Assembly (NCBI GenBank): GCA_945862535.1
Contig: CAMAYG010000005.1
Coordinates: 19,952 to 83,951, forward strand
Direction of reading: 5' to 3'
Length of the DNA stretch: 64,000 bases
Source of the DNA: Rickettsia typhi
GTDB taxonomy: Bacteria; Pseudomonadota; Alphaproteobacteria; Rickettsiales; UBA1997
Part shown: in pieces, positions 37,644-46,156 of the stretch
Position numbering within the stretch: the stretch's first letter is position 1
Layout of the letters: the number at the start of each line of letters is the position of its first letter
Translations under genes and position numbers: made by a program
Notes under the pieces: model-generated
Database searches by the model: none
What the model was told of the DNA's origin: nothing
What the model saw: only the letters and a program-made list of their open reading frames with translations

Positions 37644-39269
37644 ATGTCTAATATCAAAAATACTCGCTTCATTTTTATTACTGGCGGGGTGGTTTCTTCT
37701 TTGGGAAAAGGTTTGGCTTCTGCATCTCTTGGGGCTTTGTTGCAAGCTCGGGGCTATAAAGTAAAGCTTAGAAAGCTCGATCCTTATTTAAATATCGACC
37801 CAGGCACAATGAGCCCCACTCAACACGGCGAAGTTTTTGTAACCGAAGACGGTGCAGAAACCGACCTTGACATTGGGCATTACGAAAGATTTACTGCGGT
37901 AAATGCTAAAAAAACCGACAGTGTAACCGCAGGTAAAATTTACAGTAAATTACTAGCAAAAGAAAGAAAGGGCGACTATTTAGGCGGAACGGTGCAAGTA
38001 ATACCGCATGTTACCGACCTAATCAAAGAATTTATTTTGAACGATGTCGCCGATGTCGATTTTGCCTTATGTGAAATTGGCGGAACGGTTGGCGATATTG
38101 AGGCCTTGCCGTTTTTCGAGGCAATTCGTCAGCTCGATTACGATCTTGGGGCAAAAAGATGTGCTTTTCTACATTTAACCTTATTGCCCTTTATTGAAAG
38201 TGCCGATGAGCTTAAAACTAAACCAACTCAGCATTCTGTTAAGGAATTACGATCAATCGGCATTCAGCCCTCTGTTTTATTATGTCGAGCCGAAAGAAAA
38301 ATTAGCCCAAGCCATCTCGACAAAATTGCCAAAATGTGTTCGATGCCTCTAAATTCGGTCATCGCCGCCCCTAATGTTAAAAATATCTACGAAGTTCCGT
38401 TAGTCTATCATCAAAATGGGCTCGATAGTGAAATATTAAGGTTTTTTAATATTATCGCCCCAGAGCCAGATTTAGCAAAATGGCATGCCATTAGCGATGC
38501 AATAAAAAACCCAGAAAAGGAAGTCCGCATTGCTTTGGTTGGTAAATATAATGGCTATCGCGATTCTTATAAATCTATCCTAGAAGCTTTAGATCATGCT
38601 TCTTTTGCTTTAAAAACCAAGATCAAAATAATCTGGATTGATGCTCGTAAAAAAACTAACCCAGCCGAAATATTTTCTAGCGAAAAAATCGATGGTATTT
38701 TGGTGCCCGGAGGCTTTGGAGTAGACGGCACCGAAGGCAAGATTGCCATGATTTCTTATGCAAGGCAAAATCAGGTTCCTTATCTTGGAATTTGCTTTGG
38801 AATGCAGATGGCAGTAATAGAATATGCCCGCAATGTTTTAGGAATTGCCGATGCCACTTCTAGCGAAATAGAAAAAGATGGCACGATGCTAATTGGCACA
38901 ATGGAGCAATGGCAAAAAGATAGCGGAGAAATTAGCAAGAAAAGCGAAAATCTTGGTGGCACAATGAGGCTTGGGGCTTATAAATGCAACATCGACCCTA
39001 ATTCTTTAGTGGCAACAATCTATCAAAAGCCAACAATTAGCGAAAGGCACCGCCATCGCTATGAAGTAAATATTAATTATCGTCAAAAACTAGAGCAAGA
39101 AGGGCTAAAATTTTCGGGAATGTCTCCCGATAACCAACTAACAGAAATTGTTGAAATTACCGACCATAAGTTCTTTATTGGGGTGCAATTTCACCCAGAG
39201 TTAAAATCTAAGCCATTCGACCCTCACCCACTTTTCCTAGCCTTTGTAAAATCGTTAATTGCCGATTAG
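37644..39269 (+). CDS. pyrG: CTP synthase
   Basis: Motifs are [45 protein letters not shown] and HRHRYEVN. Confidence 0.95.
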   Translation: MSNIKNTRFIFITGGVVSSLGKGLASASLGALLQARGYKVKLRKLDPYLNIDPGTMSPTQHGEVFVTEDGAETDLDIGHYERFTAVNAKKTDSVTAGKIYSKLLAKERKGDYLGGTVQVIPHVTDLIKEFILNDVADVDFALCEIGGTVGDIEALPFFEAIRQLDYDLGAKRCAFLHLTLLPFIESADELKTKPTQHSVKELRSIGIQPSVLLCRAERKISPSHLDKIAKMCSMPLNSVIAAPNVKNIYEVPLVYHQNGLDSEILRFFNIIAPEPDLAKWHAISDAIKNPEKEVRIALVGKYNGYRDSYKSILEALDHASFALKTKIKIIWIDARKKTNPAEIFSSEKIDGILVPGGFGVDGTEGKIAMISYARQNQVPYLGICFGMQMAVIEYARNVLGIADATSSEIEKDGTMLIGTMEQWQKDSGEISKKSENLGGTMRLGAYKCNIDPNSLVATIYQKPTISERHRHRYEVNINYRQKLEQEGLKFSGMSPDNQLTEIVEITDHKFFIGVQFHPELKSKPFDPHPLFLAFVKSLIAD

Positions 39270-39426
39270 TTTATTGTGGCAACAAGAGGTCTAGCCACTT
39301 GTTTTTCTAGAAGACAAAGCCAATGAAATAGCGGAGTTAAATAACCATCCCCTCTTAATTATTTCTGGGGGAGGGTTGGAAACACCGTCACCCTGCGCGA
39401 AGTCGCAGGGTCATAGTCCTCCAGCT

Positions 39427-39535
39427 GTCATCCTGCACGAAGTTGCAGGATCCAGAGCGATAAAATCAACACTAATCGGAACTTCGCTAAAATGTATCAT
39501 TAATCTATAGATCCTGCAACTTCGTGCAGGATGAC
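39427..39535. repeat. family-1 palindromic MITE-like element, full copy (109 bp)
   Basis: It reads GTCATCCTGCACGAAGTTGCAGGATC - 57-bp AT-rich core (CAGAGCGATAAAATCAACACTAATCGGAACTTCGCTAAAATGTATCATTAATCTATA) - GATCCTGCAACTTCGTGCAGGATGAC. The terminal 26-bp hairpins are inverted repeats of each other. Confidence 0.85.
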
Positions 39536-39640
39536 GACAGAGGGCGGTTTTGTGGTAATAAATGCAAATTTTAAAAAGTCGCGAAGATCCACCTCCGCTG
39601 TCATCCTGCGCGAAGTCGCAGGATCTATAGTCCTCCAGCC

Positions 39641-39750
39641 GTCATCCTGCGCGAAGTCGCAGGATCTATTAATTACTAAATACATTTTGGCGAAGTTTCT
39701 TTTAATATTGACTTCATTACTCTGGATCCTGCGACTTTGCGCAGGATGAC
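39641..39750. repeat. family-1 palindromic MITE-like element, full copy, core inverted relative to 39427 copy
   Basis: It reads GTCATCCTGCGCGAAGTCGCAGGATC - CTATTAATTACTAAATACATTTTGGCGAAGTTTCTTTTAATATTGACTTCATTACTCTG - GATCCTGCGACTTTGCGCAGGATGAC. Confidence 0.85.
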
Positions 39751-39759
39751 AGCGGAGCT

Positions 39760-40086
39760 GTCGTCTGGACTGCTTATTCTAGGAACCAAGGTCGTGTCAT
39801 TTCCTATTACATCGGCGAAGGAGTAAGAACCGCAACTAATTTATATCTCCAAGTAAAAAACATCGTTCCCAATGTCGCTAAAATCTGCACCGATGCCAAT
39901 AGTTGCTACGATATTGCATTTAAAAGATTTGGTGTGGCAGATTTGGAGTGAAATATTTGGAGTGAAATATTTGGAGTAACGGAGCCTCATATCGTTACTA
40001 AAAGAGAGACTCACTTGATAGAATCGTCAAATAGTAGCATCAGAGATAATCTTGCCAAAACCAAAAGATTTTCCAAAACATTATAG
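39760..40086 (+). pseudogene. remnant of an IS1-like transposase (C-terminal part, disrupted)
   Basis: My translation has two parts: ..VVWTAYSRNQGRVISYYIGEGVRTATNLYLQVKNIVPNVAKICTDANSCYDIAFKRFGVADLE* and, in another frame, HIVTKRETHLIESSNSSIRDNLAKTKRFSKTL*. The pattern (..TD..Y... H.V.K.ET..IES.N..IR..L.R..R.T..FSK) is IS1-family-like. A 14-bp triplicated insert (39941-39980) breaks the frame. Confidence 0.45.
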
Positions 40087-40386
40087 ATGCTAGACACTAC
40101 CCTAAAACTCTTTTTTAACAGAAATTTACTATGGCAACACTAAAATAACAGTGCCCCTTGAGGGAGGGTAAATTTGCTAGCAATTTCGGGGAGGGGTCAG
40201 AAGTATTTTCAACAAAATTAGGGCTAAGGTTGTGATGAGTTTTCTTACCCCGCCCCGCATCGCCAATTTATTGGCTCTGCGACCCTCCCTCAAGGGGAGG
40301 GTTGGAAACATTATGCTTTTCGCCTTCGACCCTCCACCGCCGTCATCCTGCGCGAAGCTTGCGAAGGTCCATGGTTCCCTCCAGCC

Positions 40387-40496
40387 GTCATCCTGCGCGA
40401 AGTCGCAGGATCTATAGATTCCTAAATACATTTTAGCGAAGTTTCTTTTAATATTGATTTCATTACTTTAGATCCTGCAACTTCGTGCAGGATGAC
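40387..40496. repeat. family-1 palindromic MITE-like element, full copy (110 bp)
   Basis: It has the same hairpins and core as the 39641 copy (..GGATCTATAGATTCCTAAATACATTTTAGCGAAGTTTCTTTTAATATTGATTTCATTACTTTAGATCC..). Confidence 0.85.
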
Positions 40497-40624
40497 GGTG
40501 CAGGAAGTTTTTTGTGGTTGCAAATAAAACACTTTTTCTTACGATTTTTTACTTAAAAAACAATGTTTTATGCTATTGTAGGTAGTGAAATAGCCAATTG
40601 GTGTTAGTTGTTTTGTGGTGCCTA

Positions 40625-42478
40625 TTATGAGTTATTTTTAATAATTTTGTCGATTAATTCAAAAATTGCTTTGAAATTTTCAAAATCTGAATATTGGAAG
40701 TTCGCAGTATCAGACGCAAACTTTGATTTTTTATTATAATCTTTGGTAATGATTTTAATTGTATTGCCGCCAACTTGTTCTTTATCTTCTAATAAGTTTA
40801 TAATTTTGTCATCACTAAACAAATATTCAATACAAACTTCGCTATCTTTTCCCCATTTTACACTGACAAGATTTATTCTATTTGTTGGAATTGGCAATAA
40901 AAATACAAACCCATTTTGACTTCCATGCTTTAAACATAACCCCTTATTGATATTATCCTCGTAATCAAAGTACTTCTTACCTTTGCTATTTTTAATCTCC
41001 TCATATTTTTCATAGGCATCATCAAAATCTAACATGCCAATAAAGGTTTTCTTGTTTTTTAGAAAAATATCACCTCTTTTAAAAGTATTAGCAATGAAGT
41101 GCATATCAAACGCATCTTGGATGTAAAATGGTATTTGGCTATTAGGATAAAGTTTCCTCCAAGCATTTTCTAAAATAATTTTATCTGTTTTTCCTTCTAC
41201 AAACAATACAGGTTTATCATCTTGAGCTTGCATGATTTTTTTAAGGTCTTCTTCAAATTTCTTTGTCTCCTTAAAATAATCATAGGCTTTATCAAATTCT
41301 CTGAATCTCTCCGCTGTTATAACATCACCAGTTGGCATCTCTCTAATTTCTATACCATTCGTGCCGAATTTTTTTTCCATTCCTAATAAAAACAATGGGG
41401 AATGAGTTGTAATAATAAATTGCACCTTTGGGAATAGGCTTATTAACGCTGGCAATACATTACTCTGCAAATCAGAATGCAAATGTAAGTCTATTTCGTC
41501 TATAATAACAATACCAGACATTTTGTCATTTGTATGTGCAATATTGCCACGCTCACCATATCTCACAACAGTACAAAATAAACTGAATAACACTGATTGC
41601 CCCGTTGATAAATTATTTAAACTTGGAATTATTTCCTGTTTGTTTGTACCATCTATAACTTTTATACGGGAAAGTGGATGATTTCTATAATTTAAATCAA
41701 GCTCTGCATCTCTCTTGAGTATTTTAGTTAGTATTTGCTCTATATTTTCTTTTGATGTTACGAGCAGTGAACGTGTCTCTACATCATTATTTTGAATATC
41801 ATAAGTACTACCTTCTCTGTGTTTTGCGATAACTGAAGCATCTAGAAAAACATCAAGAATCCAAGAGTTGATATCATCATAAGCAGATTCAATAATAAGT
41901 GGATCATTAAGTCTTCCGGAATATCTTTGCTTGTGAACAAGTTTATTTTTTCCGCTATCATAAACTTTATTAATCCAATGGGGCATCTCAAATCTATTTG
42001 GCGGAAAGTAGCAATAACTATTGCGTAAGAAAGTGTTTTCGAGTTCTTGATTTGTTAGATTTGTGATTTGTTTACCTTTCTCTTTATCAATGTTCAATGT
42101 GCATTCATTCATATTATTCTTTAGTTCCGAATCCGTAACTTCTCCTGTCGTTTCCAAATATTCATATTTCTTATTGTTGTTTTCAAATTGCAAATAAGAA
42201 ATTGAATTTGACGCACCGATCCTTGTATTGCCACCACCAACTGTTTTAAAAAAGGAATATCCGTTACTGTTTCTTTTTAATACTTCATCTTGTTTAAATG
42301 TGCTGTTTTGAAATTCTAGTATTGCATCAGCAATATGAGATAATAAAATGCTTTTGCCAGTTCCATTTTCACCAACTATTATAAGTGGTTTTGGCTCTCC
42401 GTTTTCTTTAAATGGCATTGAAATATCGAGTTTTTCAATTGCCCCGATGTTTTTGATAAAAATCTTTTTTAAATACAT
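40625..42478 (-). CDS. ABC-type ATPase fused to a C-terminal TOPRIM/DUF4435-like nuclease domain (OLD-family / fused PARIS-like defence candidate)
   Basis: 617 aa. It has Walker A (VGENGTGKS), a signature-like NLSTGQSVLF, Walker B (IVIIDEIDLHLH) and an H-loop (FIITTHSP). The C-terminal ~190 aa carries PVLFVEGKTDKIILENAW (TOPRIM Glu) and IGMLDFDDAY (DxD). Confidence 0.7.
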   Translation of the reverse strand: MYLKKIFIKNIGAIEKLDISMPFKENGEPKPLIIVGENGTGKSILLSHIADAILEFQNSTFKQDEVLKRNSNGYSFFKTVGGGNTRIGASNSISYLQFENNNKKYEYLETTGEVTDSELKNNMNECTLNIDKEKGKQITNLTNQELENTFLRNSYCYFPPNRFEMPHWINKVYDSGKNKLVHKQRYSGRLNDPLIIESAYDDINSWILDVFLDASVIAKHREGSTYDIQNNDVETRSLLVTSKENIEQILTKILKRDAELDLNYRNHPLSRIKVIDGTNKQEIIPSLNNLSTGQSVLFSLFCTVVRYGERGNIAHTNDKMSGIVIIDEIDLHLHSDLQSNVLPALISLFPKVQFIITTHSPLFLLGMEKKFGTNGIEIREMPTGDVITAERFREFDKAYDYFKETKKFEEDLKKIMQAQDDKPVLFVEGKTDKIILENAWRKLYPNSQIPFYIQDAFDMHFIANTFKRGDIFLKNKKTFIGMLDFDDAYEKYEEIKNSKGKKYFDYEDNINKGLCLKHGSQNGFVFLLPIPTNRINLVSVKWGKDSEVCIEYLFSDDKIINLLEDKEQVGGNTIKIITKDYNKKSKFASDTANFQYSDFENFKAIFELIDKIIKNNS

Positions 42479-42574
42479 ATCTTAAATAGTTAAATTTTCC
42501 ACAGCCCTAAGCTTATCAACACTTAAGTCGTAAAGAGGGTAGCGAAGTTGCGAGTATCAATGGCTCCCTCCCTT

Positions 42575-42648
42575 GTCATCCTTGCGCAAAGTCGCGAGTA
42601 TCCAGAGCAATAAAATCAATAGATCCTGCGACTTCGCGCGAGGATGAC
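42575..42648. repeat. family-1 element, short copy (core truncated)
   Basis: It reads GTCATCCTTGCGCAAAGTCGCGAGTATC-CAGAGCAATAAAATCAAT-AGATCCTGCGACTTCGCGCGAGGATGAC. Confidence 0.7.
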
Positions 42649-42777
42649 GGCAGAAGGTAGATCCTGCGACTTCGCGCGAGGATGACGGTAGAAGGTAGAT
42701 CCTGCGACTTCGCGCAGGATGACGGCAGAAGGTAGATCCTGCGACTTCGCGCGAGGATGATGGTGTAGTGGGAAGGT
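42621..42777. repeat. spacer-less tandem array, 37-38 bp x 4, of the family-1 hairpin (AGATCCTGCGACTTCGCGCGAGGATGACGGCAGAAGGT)
   Basis: Copies start at 42621, 42659, 42697 and 42734, and the last is diverged at its 3' end. The ORF 42576..42818 just translates it (repeated LPSSCAKSQDL / ILARSRRIY). Confidence 0.9.
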
Positions 42778-42877
42778 TCGCGGAGAAAAACTAGGCTTCT
42801 AGACTTCGAAGGCTTCAACTAGACTGCAACGGCGGGAACCTTAGAAAAACCCACCTTCGCATTTAGCTAAATGGAGC

Positions 42878-44827
42878 TTAAGCAAGCATTTTTTGGAGAC
42901 GAAGAGAGAAGTCTGAGCTGTCTTTTATTGGTTCGTCTTCGATGATACAAGCCAGATCGAACAAAGTTTTTACTTTGTCGGTGCAGATTTCTTTTAGACT
43001 AAGGTTTTGATAGTTGTCGTTGAGATATTTTATAATTGAGTTATTGCTGTTGATTTCGAGGATTTTAGCAGTTGCAGAATTGATTTGCTTTTGCTCAAGC
43101 AAGAATCTTTCGAGCCTAATGTCCATGCCGATAGAATCTACCGCTAAACATACCGGGCTATTGGTAAGTTTTTTTGAGATTCTGACATCGGCAACTTGAG
43201 TGCCAAGAACTTCTTTAAAGAATCCTATTAGCCCTTCTAATGCTGTCTCGGTAATGTCTTTGATTTTTTCGTCCTTTTTTGTGCCGTCTTCGTTTTGCTC
43301 TTCTGCTTTTTGTTCGTCTAGAGGCTTGTCAATATTAATTAAATCGATATCGTTACGATTAATCGACTGAAATTCCCATTCGATTTTGCTTGATTTGTTC
43401 TGATAAGGCAAAGCAACGGTTACCCAAAATTCATCGACAGCATCTGTAAGAAATAACACCTCGACATCCTTATTGTAGAAGGCTTCTAGCTGAGGAGAAT
43501 TTTTGATTTTATTAACATTTTCTCCGGTTAGGAAATATATTTTATTTTGCCCCGCTTTTGCTCTTTCGAGATATTCGCTAAGGCTAATTAGTTCATTAGG
43601 AGATTTCGAGCTGTAAAAACGAGAAATTTCGAGGATTTTTTCGCGGAATTCCGATGCTTCGCACAGCCCTTCTTTTAACACCGCACCAAAATTATTCCAA
43701 AATTTAAGATATTCTTCTTGGTTTTCATTGGCTTTTTTCTTGAGTTCGCCTAAAACTTTGCCAATTAGGGATTTTTTGATTTTTTCAATTAAGGCACTGT
43801 GTTGCAGGTTTTCACGGCTAATGTTGAGTGGCAAATCTTCCGAATCGACTACTCCTCTTAGAAACCGCAAATAAGCAGGAACAAGGCTTAAATCTTCGCT
43901 AATAAAAACTCTTTTAACATAAAGTTTTAAAGCGGTGCGACGATCGGGGTGGAATAGGTCAAAAGGCTTAGTGCTAGGAACAAATAACAGATTGCTGTAT
44001 GAAACTAGGCCCTCGACCTTGTTGTGGATTGTCATGAATGGCTCGCCCGGTAAATGAGCGATGTGGCGGAAGAATTCTTGATATTGTTCTGCGGTTATTT
44101 GTTCTTTTGGTCTTTGCCAAATTGCCGATGCCGAATTTAGAGTTTCAATTTTTGCTCCTTCGCTGATATTTTCTGGGATGAAATCTATTTTAAAGTTGAT
44201 GTGATCGGAATAGGTTTGCACGATGTGCTTAATGTGGAAGCGATCGAGGAAATCTGAGGCATCGTCTTTTAAAAACAAGGTAATAATTGTGCCTTGTTTA
44301 AAATCTGACGATAATTCTTGATTGTGTTGATTAAGCTCGAAACCGCTATTGCCGTCTGAGGCCCAGAAATAGGTGTCTTGTTCTTGATATTTACGAGAAA
44401 TAACCTCTACTTTATCGGCGATCATAAAGCTAGAATAAAAGCCAACCCCAAACTGCCCTATTAATTGCAGGTCTTTTTTGCTGTCTCCGCTAAGGTTTTT
44501 TAAGAAATTCTCGGTGCCAGAGCGAGCAATAGTGCCTAGGTTGTCGATTAAATCTTGTTTATTCATTCCGATACCGTTGTCGCTAATGATTAATTGCTTT
44601 TTTTCTTTATTAACTTTGATGTTAATTTTTAATTCTTCTAAATTTTCTTGATGTTGTTGATTAGCCAGATACCGCAACTTGTCGCAAGCATCGGCAGCAT
44701 TAGATATTAACTCGCGAAGGGCAACATCGCGATTAGTATAAAGCGAATTTATCATAAGGTTTAAAACCTTGCTAACTTCGACATCGAATTGATAGTTGTT
44801 GTTTGTGTTGTTAGATTGTTCTGTCAT
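42878..44827 (-). CDS. htpG: molecular chaperone HtpG (Hsp90)
   Basis: Motifs are LRELISNAADACDKLRY, DNGIGM and GQFGVGFYS. Length is 649 aa. Confidence 0.95.
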   Translation of the reverse strand: MTEQSNNTNNNYQFDVEVSKVLNLMINSLYTNRDVALRELISNAADACDKLRYLANQQHQENLEELKINIKVNKEKKQLIISDNGIGMNKQDLIDNLGTIARSGTENFLKNLSGDSKKDLQLIGQFGVGFYSSFMIADKVEVISRKYQEQDTYFWASDGNSGFELNQHNQELSSDFKQGTIITLFLKDDASDFLDRFHIKHIVQTYSDHINFKIDFIPENISEGAKIETLNSASAIWQRPKEQITAEQYQEFFRHIAHLPGEPFMTIHNKVEGLVSYSNLLFVPSTKPFDLFHPDRRTALKLYVKRVFISEDLSLVPAYLRFLRGVVDSEDLPLNISRENLQHSALIEKIKKSLIGKVLGELKKKANENQEEYLKFWNNFGAVLKEGLCEASEFREKILEISRFYSSKSPNELISLSEYLERAKAGQNKIYFLTGENVNKIKNSPQLEAFYNKDVEVLFLTDAVDEFWVTVALPYQNKSSKIEWEFQSINRNDIDLINIDKPLDEQKAEEQNEDGTKKDEKIKDITETALEGLIGFFKEVLGTQVADVRISKKLTNSPVCLAVDSIGMDIRLERFLLEQKQINSATAKILEINSNNSIIKYLNDNYQNLSLKEICTDKVKTLFDLACIIEDEPIKDSSDFSLRLQKMLA

Positions 44828-44996
44828 TGCTAGAATAATTAAGATTGATGATTTTTAGTAAATAACCGCTGTTATATAATATCTTTATCAAAAAAAACAA
44901 GGGCTATAAATTTTGTTTTTGATTTTATTGCTGTGGATCTTGCCCGCCGATCTTGGCAATTTAGCTATAAATAGTAAATGCAGATAGCTAAATTAA

Positions 44997-45148
44997 CAAT
45001 CCACCGCCTACAGCACTGCAATTTCCAATAAAAATCCATTCCAAGAAAGCATTCCAAGAAAGCTCGCTCGATTTTCCAAGCCTTTTGCTAATGTTAATTT
45101 TTGAAAGATCGCTAGCAAGAAGCTTAAAGAACTGCTGATTTATTGCAT
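44997..45148 (-). pseudogene. deleted remnant of the 3' end of a paralogue of the type IIG R-M gene
   Basis: By-eye alignment shows 45038-45148 is ~80% identical to 48658-48755 (..CATTCCAAGAAAGCTC....AGCTTAAAGAACTGCTGATTTATTG..). 44997-45026 matches 48463-48482 (CCACC.CTGCAATTTCC). About 170 bp is missing between the two matches. Confidence 0.55.
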
Positions 45149-45185
45149 TTAGCGGCTAGATAATTTAAAAAGATTTAGTTTTTGA

Positions 45186-46148
45186 TTAGTTTTCTGTGGA
45201 GATTTCGCGGGCAATTCCCTTAAAATTCTCTAGAGCAGGTTGAACGAAGTTTAATTGTTTGTTGCTAGTGGTTGCGAAAAAATCTTGACGATTGTAAGTC
45301 AAATCATCTTTTTCTTGTTCGCCTTCTTCGTTGGTAAATGTTTGACTACTTTTTTTACCAAAAGGTGGATTGGCTAAAACATAATCGTAAGTTATTGGCG
45401 AAGAGGCAATTAAGGCATCTGCTGGCGAAATAAAATTAGCACTGTCGATGTCGCCAATATTATGCAAAAACAAATTCATCAAAGCTAATCGTCTTGTTCC
45501 CGCTACAATCTCATTGCCATAAAAAGTTTGAAGTTTCAAAAATTTATTTTGTTCTTTGTCTAATTTATTGCTTGCAACCAAATAATCATAAGTAGCCAAA
45601 AAGAAACCTCCTGTGCCACAAGCGGGGTCGGCAATTGTTTTGCCAAGCTTCGGGGCAACACATTCAACCATTGCTTTGATTAGCGGTCTTGGGGTAAAAT
45701 ATTGCCCCGCACCACTTTTTACATCTTTGGCATTTTGCTCTAAAAGGCTTTCGTAAATATCGCCTTTAACATCGGCGCCAAGCACCAACCATTGCTCGCT
45801 ATCGATCATATCGATAATTTTGGCAAGCATTGCCGGGTCTTGAATTTTATTTTGACTCTTCACAAAAATTTGCCCTAAAATTCCTTTGGCATTGCTCAAT
45901 TCGCGAAGTAGATGGCTGTAGTGCAATTCTAACTCCGCACCTTTTTTTTTAGTCAAACTTTCCCAATTAAAATCTTTTGGAATGCCTAATTTTCGATGGT
46001 GCGGAGGCTTTTCATATTCATCCGCCATTTTTAAAAATAGCAAATAGGTAAGTTGTTCTAAATAGTCGCCATAACCTACTCCCACATCGCGAAGCGGATT
46101 GCAGAAAGACCAAACTTTTGAAACTATTGAAGAGGTATTTTTACTCAT
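45186..46148 (-). pseudogene. hsdM: type I R-M methyltransferase HsdM, C-terminally truncated
   Basis: The HsdM N-domain (LRDVGVGYGDYLEQLTYLLFLKMADE), motif I (ADPACGTGGFF) and motif IV (LANPPFGKK) are present. The protein stops ~55 aa after NPPF at ...NKQLNFVQ|PALENFKGIAREISTEN*, where full-length HsdM proteins continue for ~150-200 aa. No hsdS or hsdR is in the window. Confidence 0.7.
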
Positions 46149-46156
46149 TTTTTAAA

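Noticed and set aside
39270-39310. Terminator-like hairpin after pyrG (GTGGC..13 nt..GCCAC TTGTTTTT, or AACAAG..CTTGTT).
   Set aside because: The stems are only 5-6 bp with 11-13-nt loops. This is plausible but too weak to call from sequence alone.
42621-42777. Possible CRISPR array (regular ~38-bp GC-rich palindromic repeats); the same question applies to 17923-18057 and 18318-18432.
   Set aside because: The repeats are strictly head-to-tail with no unique spacers between them. The unit belongs to a dispersed repeat family, and no cas genes are in the window.
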